Origin: Candidatus Thorarchaeota archaeon
GTDB taxonomy: Archaea > Asgardarchaeota > Thorarchaeia > Thorarchaeales > Thorarchaeaceae
Assembly (NCBI GenBank): GCA_008080745.1
Contig: SHMX01000001.1
Span: forward strand, 270,001-302,000
Direction of reading: 5' to 3'
Length of the DNA: 32,000 nucleotides
Of the stretch, positions 7,611 through 17,517 are shown piece after piece. Made by a program: the position numbers and the translations under genes. Below the pieces are notes generated by a model. It was not told the DNA's origin. It saw only the letters and a program-made list of their open reading frames with translations, and made no database searches. The number at the start of each line of letters is the position of its first letter. The first letter of the stretch is position 1.

Positions 7611-9947
7611 CTATCTATTTCTAATTATTGCTCCTCCAAATACAACAATCACCACTAGTGATCCCATCAAAATCAACATATTGATGCTTTCCATTGAAAG
7701 GAGGGGTGCTGTACCAGTTACCTCGACAAACACAGTGTCATAGCTAGATAGACCCGATTCGTCAAAAAGCTCCAGAGTGAAATTATACGTTCCAGGAAAC
7801 AAACCATCCACATTCTTGGATATGTTTGTACCATCCCACGATCCCTCTTCGATAACTGTGCCATTTTGATATATCCTGTAACTTGAAGGCGTAGAATCAC
7901 CACACACCCATGTAATAGTATTACCAGTGGTACCATATTCATAGGAAATATCATCGGGAAGAGTAATAGAAGGTGGTAAATTAGATTTAACATGAACCAT
8001 TACAGAATGCGTGGAGATTTGACCATAAAAACTAGATAACATAATAGTGTAGTTATAAGTGCCAATAGATAAGCTATCCAAGTCAATAACCACATCACTT
8101 CCATCCCAAATTTGCGATGCAATAATACTATCATTCCTAATGATCAAGTACATCATCGGATAGGGATCACTACAAGTCCAGGTTAGCTTATTCCCCGTTG
8201 TTCCTTCCTCAATAAAGACATTATCCGGCCCACTCACACTTGGTGGATCTAATGCTAGTTTCCGAGGATTCTTCCAATAGAGAGGATTCTGAGTTAGTTC
8301 AGTAAACTCACCAGCTATGTATTCGCTTACTATAAATGGACCAGATGTCACAAAGAATGTTTCAGCCGGGTCAGTCGGATCAGGATTCCATTCGTTCCAT
8401 GCTGGAAAATTGGGATCATTGAAAATATGTTTAGGAACGATAGGTTTCGTTGCTATAGTACTAAGATGCCAATAGGATACACTATTGAATTCAACTACTA
8501 GTGTGTATGGGTTCTTAGCATATGCAGCCACCATGTCAGTCAAATCAATACCGTATGGATTGCCAGAAGAATCACGATAGTAATTTAAAGTAAAGGCTGC
8601 ATCTGATGCAGTGATTGGAAGTCCGTCACTCCAAGAAGCGTTTTGAATCATATTAAAAGTGAATCGAGTATGGTTCTCTGGTATCTCTGGGTAATCATCA
8701 TGGGTCGCGGCTATATAATTTTCACAAAGCCAACTAACAAGATTCCCATCTTCACCAATTCGGAATAATGAGTCCCATAACATATCGTTAATCTTTGCTG
8801 TGTAAGTAGATGAACTAGCCATAAAATTGAAGGTATCAACATCAAGTGGATTGCTTCTACGGAATATTCCACCGATTTTGGGTCCGACAGATTCTTTTCT
8901 ATGGACCTTGTAGTTTGTCCAAAAACCCGGGACTTCTTCACTAGCATCGTTCACATAACCCTCGAACACATCGGTTCGATAGGCGGATAGGAGAATGTTC
9001 TCATAACATACAATTATGGGACATTCATAGACAAAGATTCTCTGCATTTCAATAGCAGCTTCGTATACATCCTCATATTGAACACTATGGAGAAGTTGAT
9101 CTCTCCAGCTATCATATGATGCATTCCTGAAGTTGGGGAAGTTCCAGTATGGCGCATCGGCGTATTCAGACCAGTACTCGTAAGCAAGCCAATCAACATC
9201 GAAGTCGTTGAAACTTGAACCCATGAAGACTATGTCATAGTCCTCGTGGAAATATAACCTGTTCAAGTACTCGTAGAAGTCTGTTGGTACGGAGGTTGCA
9301 TCGATGTTCAGAGCCACTAGAGCCTCTTCGACCTTCTGACCGACTCCAACAGCAATATTAGACGATTGAGCAACTTCAATAAGAACATCAAAGTCATCGC
9401 CGTTTGGTGCTTCTAACAAACCGTCATCATCGACATCAACAAAACCTGCATCAGCAAGTAGTTGAACACCCTCTGCAATATGACCCTCATAGTAATTGTA
9501 AGGCAATTGTCCCTCAATAGAGAACGGATTGACCACTGGCACACACGAGTCCTGTGGTTGTGAGAGGCCATCCCATACATCGTCAGAGATTGCCTCTTTG
9601 TCTAACGCAAAGGCAAGGGCTCTTCGGAACGCGGTAATGTTGAATGGGTATTTGTCACAGTTGATCGTGACGTATCCGTATCCGTTCCTGAGTACATTGG
9701 CGACCTCGATATCATCAGCCTCTTCCAACTGTGGAAGGAAGCTGGGATCAATCATATCACCTATCAGGTCGATATCGTTTTCCTGTAAAGCTAGAATTTG
9801 TGCATCGTCTCCCTGAATAACATTAAAGACTATTTTATCTACGTTTGGACCAAGATATTGTTCCGAACTAGTTGATGATACAAAGGGAATGAAACCCCCA
9901 ATAAATAAGGAAGAACACAACAAGATAACTAGAAACTTATTTCTCAT
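7611..9947 (-). CDS. Family 5 (OppA/DppA-like) solute-binding protein, circularly permuted, with two Ig-like repeats and a C-terminal membrane anchor
   Basis: Signal peptide, FRRALAFALDKEAI, WSDGLPITASDAAFT and TSGPF..EY..GEFTEL..NP.YW. Two GxTGN.(L/I)TW...D..P..Y.I..N repeats, then a hydrophobic tail ending RNR. Confidence 0.85.
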   Translation of the reverse strand: MRNKFLVILLCSSLFIGGFIPFVSSTSSEQYLGPNVDKIVFNVIQGDDAQILALQENDIDLIGDMIDPSFLPQLEEADDIEVANVLRNGYGYVTINCDKYPFNITAFRRALAFALDKEAISDDVWDGLSQPQDSCVPVVNPFSIEGQLPYNYYEGHIAEGVQLLADAGFVDVDDDGLLEAPNGDDFDVLIEVAQSSNIAVGVGQKVEEALVALNIDATSVPTDFYEYLNRLYFHEDYDIVFMGSSFNDFDVDWLAYEYWSEYADAPYWNFPNFRNASYDSWRDQLLHSVQYEDVYEAAIEMQRIFVYECPIIVCYENILLSAYRTDVFEGYVNDASEEVPGFWTNYKVHRKESVGPKIGGIFRRSNPLDVDTFNFMASSSTYTAKINDMLWDSLFRIGEDGNLVSWLCENYIAATHDDYPEIPENHTRFTFNMIQNASWSDGLPITASDAAFTLNYYRDSSGNPYGIDLTDMVAAYAKNPYTLVVEFNSVSYWHLSTIATKPIVPKHIFNDPNFPAWNEWNPDPTDPAETFFVTSGPFIVSEYIAGEFTELTQNPLYWKNPRKLALDPPSVSGPDNVFIEEGTTGNKLTWTCSDPYPMMYLIIRNDSIIASQIWDGSDVVIDLDSLSIGTYNYTIMLSSFYGQISTHSVMVHVKSNLPPSITLPDDISYEYGTTGNTITWVCGDSTPSSYRIYQNGTVIEEGSWDGTNISKNVDGLFPGTYNFTLELFDESGLSSYDTVFVEVTGTAPLLSMESINMLILMGSLVVIVVFGGAIIRNR
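9055..9176. repeat. Copy 1 of an intragenic direct repeat shared by the two solute-binding protein genes
   Basis: 9055-9153 is identical to 11230-11328 (99/99). 9055-9176 matches 11230-11351 at 121 of 122 positions, read base by base. Confidence 0.95.
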
Positions 9948-9991
9948 GTTTAGCCCTCACAATATGCGTATCAATAAATAACCTCGATAAT

Positions 9992-9999
9992 AATATAAA
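9992..9999 (-). promoter_or_regulatory. Putative TATA box of the 7611-9947 gene
   Basis: TTTATATT on the minus strand about 45 nt upstream of ATG 9947, with GAGGG just before the ATG. Confidence 0.35.
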
Positions 10000-10055
10000 C
10001 TATTCTCTATTCCTTTTAACAATAATTTACTTGCCATCATCGAGTACACATGCAC

Positions 10056-12125
10056 CTAATGATTCTTTATGATGGCTGAACCAAAAGCTGCAATTACCAC
10101 AAGTGAGCTTATTGTTATGGCCATACTTAGACTAAATACTGGGATATTTAGCAAATCGTTTCTCCTGATGTGGACTAATACATCATCACTTGTTGATGAT
10201 CCAAACCGAGTGGAAAGAATCAATGTGTAGTTGTATGTTCCATAAGAAAGCGAATCGAGACTGATGGAAACGTTAGTACCCTCTAAAACACCAGAGTCAA
10301 TTAAACTGCCATCCCGTAGAATAGAATATTCACAGGGAACAGAACAACTGCAATTCCAAGTTAGCATTTTTCCTACTGTGCCTTCTGAAATGTATACATC
10401 ATCCTGCCGTTCAATATAGGGATTATCATCGCCAGTAACAGAGCTGCTACGATAATACGAGTTGTAAGTTAATTCAGCAAACTCACCTGGTACAAAATCA
10501 TTAACAATGAAGGGGCCTGATGAAACAAAATACGGTTCATTGGGATCCGTTGGATCAGGATTCCATTCATTCCACGCTGGAAAATCAGGTTCAATAAAGA
10601 TGTGTTTAGGAATAATCGGTTTCAATGCTACTGCTGTTAGATGCCAGTATGATTCGGACTTGAATTCCACAACCATTTCACTAGGAGTTATAGAATATGC
10701 AGACATAATATCAGCAATATCTGCACCAAGAGGATTCCCTGGTGCATTTCGATAATAGTTTAGCGAAAAGGCAACATCGTCTGCGGTAAGGGGACGACCA
10801 TCAGACCAAACTAAATCATCCCGCATTTGAAAGATGATACGTGTATGCTCATCCGGCACCTTTCTATTATCAGCATGGGTTTCAATATTATAAGATTCGG
10901 CTAACCAATGAATATAGTTGCCATCCGGGTCCATCCGGAGTAACGAGTCCCACATCATCTGATTCACAGTGTTGGCAAAGGAAGAAATCGAGGTCATGAA
11001 ATTAAATGTGTCAATATCAAAGGGAAGACTCCATCGGAGGTTACCTCCATAGGGTCCGCCTGCTGCATCTTTCAATCTGACCTGATAATTAGTCCACCAG
11101 TTTGGAACACCATCATTCACATCATTTACAAAACCTACAAACCTATCGGTCCTATATGCAGAGAGAAGTACATTTTCGTAGCAAACTATAATTGGACACT
11201 CATAGACAAAGATTTTCTGCATCTCAATTGCAGCTTCGTATACATCCTCATATTGAACACTATGGAGAAGTTGATCTCTCCAGCTATCATATGATGCATT
11301 CCTGAAGTTGGGGAAGTTCCAGTATGGCTCATCGGCGTATTCAGACCAGTATTCATAAGCCAGCCAATCGACCGAATACTCGGAAAAGCTTGTGCTCATG
11401 TAAACAATATCATAATCACCATGATGATATAGACGGCACAAGTAATCGTAGAAATAGGCACCTTTAGCTACGGCATCTATTCCAATACTTCTCATGGTTT
11501 CAGCAAAGAGTTCTCCTGTCCTTTCTGCAATACCTGACGATTGAGCGAGCTCGACTAGCACGTCGAAATCAGACCCATCGGGTGCCTCCCTAGAACCATC
11601 TTCATCAATATCAAAAAATCCTGCTGCATCTAATAGTGCATTGGCTTTTGCAAGATTACCCTCATAGTAGGTATAGGGTAATTGTCCTTCGATTGAAAAA
11701 GGATTGACCACTGGCACACAGGAGTCCTGAGGTTGCGCAAGACCACTCCATATGTCATCACAGATTGCTTCTTTATCCAAAGCAAAGGCGAGAGCTCGAC
11801 GAAAAGCAGTGATATTAAACGGGTATTTATCACAGTTGATCGAGAAATATCCATATCCATTTCGAAGTACATTAGCAATCTCAATATCCTCAGATTCCTC
11901 CAGTTGAGGTAGAAAAGAGGGGTCAATCATATCACCAACGAGGTCGATTTCATTATCCAATAGAGCAAGGACCTGGGCGTTATCTCCCGTTATGACTTTG
12001 TATGTTATTTTATCAACATAAGGCCCATAGTATTGCATGGATGAATTAGCTGGAGCCAATAAAGGAATAGCACTTAGCATTAATACCAAACAACTACCAT
12101 ATACAATAGTATTTCGTAGCCGCAT
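10056..12125 (-). CDS. Paralogous family 5 solute-binding protein, circularly permuted, with one Ig-like repeat and a C-terminal anchor
   Basis: Colinear with 7611-9947 (NCDKYPFNITAFRRALAFALDKEAI; YWNFPNFRNASYDSWRDQLLH). Start moved to ATG 12125 (MRLRNTIVYG signal peptide, preceded by AGAGGG). Confidence 0.85.
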   Translation of the reverse strand: MRLRNTIVYGSCLVLMLSAIPLLAPANSSMQYYGPYVDKITYKVITGDNAQVLALLDNEIDLVGDMIDPSFLPQLEESEDIEIANVLRNGYGYFSINCDKYPFNITAFRRALAFALDKEAICDDIWSGLAQPQDSCVPVVNPFSIEGQLPYTYYEGNLAKANALLDAAGFFDIDEDGSREAPDGSDFDVLVELAQSSGIAERTGELFAETMRSIGIDAVAKGAYFYDYLCRLYHHGDYDIVYMSTSFSEYSVDWLAYEYWSEYADEPYWNFPNFRNASYDSWRDQLLHSVQYEDVYEAAIEMQKIFVYECPIIVCYENVLLSAYRTDRFVGFVNDVNDGVPNWWTNYQVRLKDAAGGPYGGNLRWSLPFDIDTFNFMTSISSFANTVNQMMWDSLLRMDPDGNYIHWLAESYNIETHADNRKVPDEHTRIIFQMRDDLVWSDGRPLTADDVAFSLNYYRNAPGNPLGADIADIMSAYSITPSEMVVEFKSESYWHLTAVALKPIIPKHIFIEPDFPAWNEWNPDPTDPNEPYFVSSGPFIVNDFVPGEFAELTYNSYYRSSSVTGDDNPYIERQDDVYISEGTVGKMLTWNCSCSVPCEYSILRDGSLIDSGVLEGTNVSISLDSLSYGTYNYTLILSTRFGSSTSDDVLVHIRRNDLLNIPVFSLSMAITISSLVVIAAFGSAIIKNH
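11230..11351. repeat. Copy 2 of the intragenic direct repeat
   Basis: Matches 9055-9176 at 121/122 positions. The single mismatch (9154 G vs 11329 T) changes Ala to Glu. Confidence 0.95.
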
Positions 12126-12224
12126 TTCAAGCCCTCTGGATCTTTTTATGATAATCATATTATCTTTTGTGAAAATATAGATAATACTTGTTGTTCACGA
12201 ACCTACACATCGAAGAAGTTCAGA

Positions 12225-12875
12225 TTAGTTGTGGTGAATAGAATGAGGGCCTTTTGCCTGACTCCAGTCTCGAGATTCCCAGATTTTCTCAATATTTTCT
12301 AGTTTTCCAAGTTCCTTTAATCGCTCATAAATAAGATGCCAAGCACAATCGGTATCGGGGTCTCTTTCACACTTTCCATCCATCGAACCACCACAGGGCC
12401 CATTCATTATACCCTTGGAACAGCGTGTAATTGGACAAATCCCACCTGTGAGATGAAGGACACAATCGCCACACAAAGCACACTTCTCCTCATGATGAAA
12501 TCTTTGGGGCATATCTCCAAGAAACTTTGAGTCAGTTGCAGGGAATGATTGAAGATTGGGTAAGAAATTCGTTAACGTCTGAGTTGCAACGCCACATGCT
12601 TGAACCAATACTGCATCTGCTTTGCTTAGTTCCATCCGATGTTTTTCAAGCTCTTCCTTTAATGCACGGTGGTCACATATACCACCCTCAACCAGAATCT
12701 TTGCTAGGACCTTTTTTCCTCTATCCACAAGGAGATCCTCCATATCTTCAAGTTGAAGCCATCCACCCACATCACACATCTGAGCACAGCCAGTATCACC
12801 AAAGAGAACAATATTCTGATGACCTTCTAACATCTTGAGAATAATTTCAGGGGATTTTAGTTCCATGACTATCAT
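12225..12875 (-). CDS. metV: MetV-type Zn/Fe-S small subunit of methylenetetrahydrofolate reductase (MTHFR C-terminal domain family)
   Basis: GCAQMCDVGG, ACGVATQ, CALCGDCVLHLTGGICPITRCSKGIMNGPCGGSMDGKCE and DCAWHLIYERLK. ATG follows GTGGTG. Confidence 0.85.
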   Translation of the reverse strand: MIVMELKSPEIILKMLEGHQNIVLFGDTGCAQMCDVGGWLQLEDMEDLLVDRGKKVLAKILVEGGICDHRALKEELEKHRMELSKADAVLVQACGVATQTLTNFLPNLQSFPATDSKFLGDMPQRFHHEEKCALCGDCVLHLTGGICPITRCSKGIMNGPCGGSMDGKCERDPDTDCAWHLIYERLKELGKLENIEKIWESRDWSQAKGPHSIHHN

Positions 12876-12958
12876 CAGAACACCACATTATGAATTAGAG
12901 ATGTTTTGAGCGTAATAGGTTTTTTCAAGCAACAAAGTTATCCTGACCAATATTGATA

Positions 12959-14242
12959 TCATTCAATCATCGTGAAGGTGCCCTGAGGTAGTGTCTTTGC
13001 CAGCTTTTGAGCCACACTCAAAGGAAGATATGCCTCTACATGGATATTGCCAGTCTTGTAGTCTTCCACTTCAACATCGCCCACCTCATGAAGCCACGAG
13101 ATTAGTGACATGCTCTCATCACCATAATCGAGTTCAAGACGGTATAGTGAGAGGGGAGGAAGTTCTGCCTCAATAGCCTGAATCAGTACATTTAGAGCAA
13201 TCTGCTCTTTTGCTGAAATGGGTATAATTTGGTCGTACTCTGTTGAAAGAATACTAATCCGTTCGGAAACTTGCTCCTTTTCAATGAGATCAATCTTATT
13301 CAGGGCAACAATGATTGGAATGCCATTCACCCCAACCTCCTTGAACGTATCGCGAGAAGCATTGGCTTTTCGAATCATCTCAGGTATTGAATCAGAGGCA
13401 TCAATGACCAAGACAATTACATCTGCATCTCCGATCTCCATTAGTGTGGTGTGAAACGCATCCAGAAGTGAGGAAGGCAAATCACTGATGAACCCGACCG
13501 AGTCAGAAAGAACAACTTGTCTTCCAGGCAGGTCGAACTCTGCGGTTTTTGTCGAGAGGGTCGTGAATAGCTTGTCAGCAATTTCTACGGTAGAGCCAGT
13601 CATAGCTCTATGCAGCGTACTCTTTCCAGCATTTGTATAGCCAGCTAATGTAACCTCAAGAAATCCCTTGCTGACTCGCTTCTGTTTTTTCAGTTCTTGT
13701 ACTTGTGCGATTTTCTCAAGTTTCTTTTGGATGATAGCAATTCGTCTTCTGATTTCTTTGATTCGCATGTTTAAGAGATCTTCACCAGCTCCAATCTGTT
13801 CAGCAATCGGACGATCTCCAGTATGTTCTTTTTGTAATCGTTTTCGTATCTGATGTCGTTCGAAAGGTAATTCATATCTCAATCTGGCCTGCTCAATTTG
13901 CAACTTTGCTTGTTGAGTCTGAGCATGCTTATCGAATATTTCCAATATTACCTGATTTCTATCACGAACCTCCACATCCCAGGCTTCCATCAATCTGTAG
14001 ATCTGACTAGAAGATAACATATGAGAAAACAACACAACATCGGGTTCGTTGATTTCAATCCATGTAGCAATCTCTTCTACTTTTCCGCTGCCAATTCCAA
14101 ATCTTGCAGATGGAGGCGATACAACATCAAAGAAGCCTAATATCGAGTATCCAGCTGTCTTTGCGATTGATTCGAATTCTTCAAGCAAATCCGGTTCGTC
14201 GTACTTTCGACGCTGAACGAGTAGTGCTGTTGGTTTATACAT
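12959..14242 (-). CDS. hflX: Ribosome-splitting GTPase HflX
   Basis: GSGKVEEI, DRNQVILEIF..HA...AKLQIE.A.L.YELP, G1 GYTNAGKST, G2 LFTTL, G3 DSVGF and G4 NKID. Start probably ATG 14242. Confidence 0.93.
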   Translation of the reverse strand: MYKPTALLVQRRKYDEPDLLEEFESIAKTAGYSILGFFDVVSPPSARFGIGSGKVEEIATWIEINEPDVVLFSHMLSSSQIYRLMEAWDVEVRDRNQVILEIFDKHAQTQQAKLQIEQARLRYELPFERHQIRKRLQKEHTGDRPIAEQIGAGEDLLNMRIKEIRRRIAIIQKKLEKIAQVQELKKQKRVSKGFLEVTLAGYTNAGKSTLHRAMTGSTVEIADKLFTTLSTKTAEFDLPGRQVVLSDSVGFISDLPSSLLDAFHTTLMEIGDADVIVLVIDASDSIPEMIRKANASRDTFKEVGVNGIPIIVALNKIDLIEKEQVSERISILSTEYDQIIPISAKEQIALNVLIQAIEAELPPLSLYRLELDYGDESMSLISWLHEVGDVEVEDYKTGNIHVEAYLPLSVAQKLAKTLPQGTFTMIE

Positions 14243-14344
14243 CAGTATTGAAATAGAATGTTCTTTCTTAAACCGTTTGGAGTGCACATTGACTATAGCA
14301 AAAGGTTCTTTGAGGGACTGAGAAACATTTTGATGGGATTATAG

Positions 14345-16375
14345 ATGAGCCGCTTTGAAATTCGTTCAAAAGATGGAATGGCCCGTTTAGGTATATTTGC
14401 AACAGAACATGGAAAAGTTCGAACCCCCCTACTTATGCCCGTTGTACATCCAGCCAAGTCATCAATCACACCTAAACAGCTAAAAGATGAATTTGGATTT
14501 CAAATGGTTATCACCAACTCGTATATAATCAAATCCAAGGACAGATTTCGAGAGAAGGCACTAGCAGAAGGGGTGCACGGTCTTATCGATTTTGAGGGCC
14601 CCGTAATGACAGATTCGGGCACATTTCAAATGTACTTCCACAGTCTACCGGAAGAAGAGATTGACCCCATAGAGATTATTGACTTTCAAAGAAACATAGG
14701 AACCGACATTGGAACCATTCTAGATGCGTTCTCTGAACCGAATGTGGGTAGAGAGCAGGTGGAGAGAGATGTAGAGATCTCTTTAGAACGTGCAAAAATA
14801 TCAGTTGACAGAAAAGATAAGATGTTACTTGCAGGTACGATTCAAGGAGGGGTATATCCAGATCTTAGAGAGTATTCCGCAAAAAAGATGGCATCCATGA
14901 ATTTTGACATTCATCCCATTGGAGGGGTGGTGCCATTGATGGAGAACTATAGATATGCAGACATTGTTCGAATAACTCTTGCCTCAAAAAGACATCTGCC
15001 CTATAATCGACCAGTACATCTCTTTGGATGCGGTCACCCAATGTTCCTTGCTCAAGCTGCCTTTCTTGGCTGTGATTTCTTTGATTCTGCATTATATGCC
15101 AAATTCGCTGATACTGACCGTTTTGTTATGCCCACAGGAACAATGCATCTTGAGAACCTTAGAGAGCTCCCCTGTGAATGCCCAGTATGTAGTAGTCACT
15201 CTGCGGATGACCTTAGACAGATGAAAAGGGAAGAGAGGTCTCTGCAACTCATGCGTCATAATCTGTATATCACTATAGGTGAGATGAAGAGAGTTAGACA
15301 GGCAATTGTTGATGGAAAACTCTTTGAGCTTGTTGCAGTTCGTGCTAGAGGGCATCCCAATCTCTTTGATGCATTACAAATTATGTTGGAGTACTGGGAA
15401 CAAATCGAGAGAGAATATCCTATTGCAAATAGTACTTCAATCCTCTACACTGGAAAAGAGAATGCGAGGCATCCCATCATTCAAAGATTCCACCAAAGAA
15501 TCATAGAGAGATATCCACATCGACAAACCAAGCAGTTGTTGCTTTTTCCAGATATCGGAGGAAGACCATTCTTTGAAACCGCACCACTCCCAATTCAGGA
15601 AGTTAGAAAGACAGAGTCCAATGAATTATTGCTCTTCTTTGTTACTCCAACCGGAATAATACCCTGGGAATTGGAGCACGTATATCCAGCTCAACAATGT
15701 ATCTATCCCGAAAATCTAGATTTAGAAACCATATCAACTGTGGGAGAAAAACTTCAAGATGTCTTGAGAATAATTGATGTGGAGAAAATAGTTTGGATAG
15801 AAAGATCAGATCCAATGAACCAAGTCTATGAAAGTCTGAAGGATAACACTCTAGTGGAATCAGTCAAGACGGTAACAGAGGGACTAGAAGAACTCAGTAT
15901 CGAATCGGATTCAGAAAAGGATTGGACTAAGAGAAAACTCGAGACGATATTAGCGCACCAGTGGAATCTAAGTGTCAGCTTCGAAGAAATCTCCAACTGG
16001 GAGATATCCATGTCAAAAGGAACAGGAAAGATGCGTCATATCAAGATGAATGATGAGATTCTTTTCACAGTAGTACCAACAACGGGTACACTCTCACCTA
16101 CTTACACAGGAGGAAAAGAATTGCAAAAGTTAGGTATTGGACGCGATTACATTGTAGTCATTGACGATGAAATTTCAGAATACATCGTTGGTGGAAAGTC
16201 TGCTCTAGCGAAGTTTGTTACAAAGGCAAGTCCTAATCTTCGTCCTGGTGAGGAGGTATTGATAGTAGATAGCTCAGACACGTTACTAGGAACAGGGAAA
16301 TCTGTTCTAAGTGGACCCGAGATGCTGGCTATGAGCCGCGGTGTGGCAGTCACAACCAGACATTCTAAGGACTAG
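14345..16375 (+). CDS. tgtA: Archaeosine tRNA-guanine(15) transglycosylase with C-terminal PUA domain
   Basis: FEIRSKDGMARLG, TPLLMPV, MTDSGTFQ, PIGGVVPLME, PVHLFGCGHP, GCDFFDSA, the Zn site CECPVC...HN, and PUA-like GKSALAKFV...LRPGEEVLIV. Confidence 0.95.
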   Translation: MSRFEIRSKDGMARLGIFATEHGKVRTPLLMPVVHPAKSSITPKQLKDEFGFQMVITNSYIIKSKDRFREKALAEGVHGLIDFEGPVMTDSGTFQMYFHSLPEEEIDPIEIIDFQRNIGTDIGTILDAFSEPNVGREQVERDVEISLERAKISVDRKDKMLLAGTIQGGVYPDLREYSAKKMASMNFDIHPIGGVVPLMENYRYADIVRITLASKRHLPYNRPVHLFGCGHPMFLAQAAFLGCDFFDSALYAKFADTDRFVMPTGTMHLENLRELPCECPVCSSHSADDLRQMKREERSLQLMRHNLYITIGEMKRVRQAIVDGKLFELVAVRARGHPNLFDALQIMLEYWEQIEREYPIANSTSILYTGKENARHPIIQRFHQRIIERYPHRQTKQLLLFPDIGGRPFFETAPLPIQEVRKTESNELLLFFVTPTGIIPWELEHVYPAQQCIYPENLDLETISTVGEKLQDVLRIIDVEKIVWIERSDPMNQVYESLKDNTLVESVKTVTEGLEELSIESDSEKDWTKRKLETILAHQWNLSVSFEEISNWEISMSKGTGKMRHIKMNDEILFTVVPTTGTLSPTYTGGKELQKLGIGRDYIVVIDDEISEYIVGGKSALAKFVTKASPNLRPGEEVLIVDSSDTLLGTGKSVLSGPEMLAMSRGVAVTTRHSKD

Positions 16376-17505
16376 CTTTGTGAATACAAGGGATGTCCGG
16401 GTATTTTTCTAAGAGCATCAACTCCACCTAGAGGTAGAACCATTATGTCTTCACGGGGAGCATATAGATCTATTTTCTCGCCTTCGAAAAGATTGACATC
16501 AGGAGGGAGGGATGCAACCGCTGATGTTTCACCAACATTGAAGAAGACCTCGACATTGCTTCCAATGTAAACCACCTGAGTAACAACACCAGAGATCTCA
16601 TTGTTTTTGGGATCCGTAGAGGTCAAGAATAGATCTTCTGGCCTAACAGCACAACGTACTTCTTCTCCTATCTCGAATGGATACCCTTCCACTGGTGTTC
16701 TACCTGAAACGACCTGACCATCGTTCAATTCAACATTGATGAAATCTCCAAGTGATTTGATTTTCCCATCAAAGAATGTGCATTTTCCAATAAAATCAGC
16801 CACAAAGAGCGTCTGAGGTTCTGCATAGATTTCTCTAGGAGGCCCATACTGTTGGATATAGCCCTTATCCATGACAGCAACCATATCGGAAATACTGAGA
16901 GCTTCTACTTGGTCATGAGTGACATATACTGTTGTGATTCCAAGCTCACCTTGGATTCTGAGAATTTCCTCACGCATCTCATTCCTAAGTTTGGCATCCA
17001 GATTCGATAGAGGTTCATCAAGGAGTAATACATCCGGTTCGATAACAAGAGCCCTCGCTAGTGCAACACGTTGTTGCTGACCGCCACTAAGCTGATGCGG
17101 TGTACGATCACCAAGACCCTGCATGCGGACCAGCTCTAATGCTTCATTAACTCTCCGTATGATAGCATCTTTGGTGTATCGTTTTCCATCAACTCGTTTC
17201 ATCTTCAGACCATAAGCAATGTTGTCAAACACCGTCATATGTGGCCAAAGTGCATAGTTCTGGAAACACATTCCTGTATTTCGTTCATTTGGAGGGATGT
17301 CTGTTACATCCACATCATCAAAGTATATTCTACCATAATCAGGCTCATAGAATCCAGCTATCAGCCGGAGCAGAGTTGTCTTTCCACAACCTGATGGGCC
17401 GAGAAGAGTGGACAATTTGCCATCTTGAAGGTCCATATTGACGTCATCTGTTGCAACCACTTCACCGAAGGTCTTCCGAACTTTTTCTATATGTATTGTA
17501 ACCAT
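16372..17505 (-). CDS. ABC transporter ATP-binding subunit (FbpC/PotA-like, TOBE domain)
   Basis: Walker A GPSGCGKTT, Q-loop FQNYALWPH, signature LSGGQQQR, Walker B LLLDEP and H-loop VTHDQ. ATG at 17505 follows GAGG. The stop overlaps the tgtA stop by 4 bp. Confidence 0.93.
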   Translation of the reverse strand: MVTIHIEKVRKTFGEVVATDDVNMDLQDGKLSTLLGPSGCGKTTLLRLIAGFYEPDYGRIYFDDVDVTDIPPNERNTGMCFQNYALWPHMTVFDNIAYGLKMKRVDGKRYTKDAIIRRVNEALELVRMQGLGDRTPHQLSGGQQQRVALARALVIEPDVLLLDEPLSNLDAKLRNEMREEILRIQGELGITTVYVTHDQVEALSISDMVAVMDKGYIQQYGPPREIYAEPQTLFVADFIGKCTFFDGKIKSLGDFINVELNDGQVVSGRTPVEGYPFEIGEEVRCAVRPEDLFLTSTDPKNNEISGVVTQVVYIGSNVEVFFNVGETSAVASLPPDVNLFEGEKIDLYAPREDIMVLPLGGVDALRKIPGHPLYSQS

Positions 17506-17517
17506 CAGCCTCACTTC

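Noticed and set aside
7540-7743. 67-aa plus-strand ORF between metF and the SBP gene
   Set aside because: Mostly antisense to the SBP membrane anchor and its terminator, with no coding signal of its own.
9055-11351. Diversity-generating retroelement TR/VR pair
   Set aside because: Both copies are inside intact genes, nearby mismatches are not confined to adenines, and no reverse transcriptase is in the window.
16372-16375. 4-bp overlap of convergent tgtA and ABC ATPase stops
   Set aside because: Shared CTAG stop overlaps are common in compact genomes and imply no functional link.
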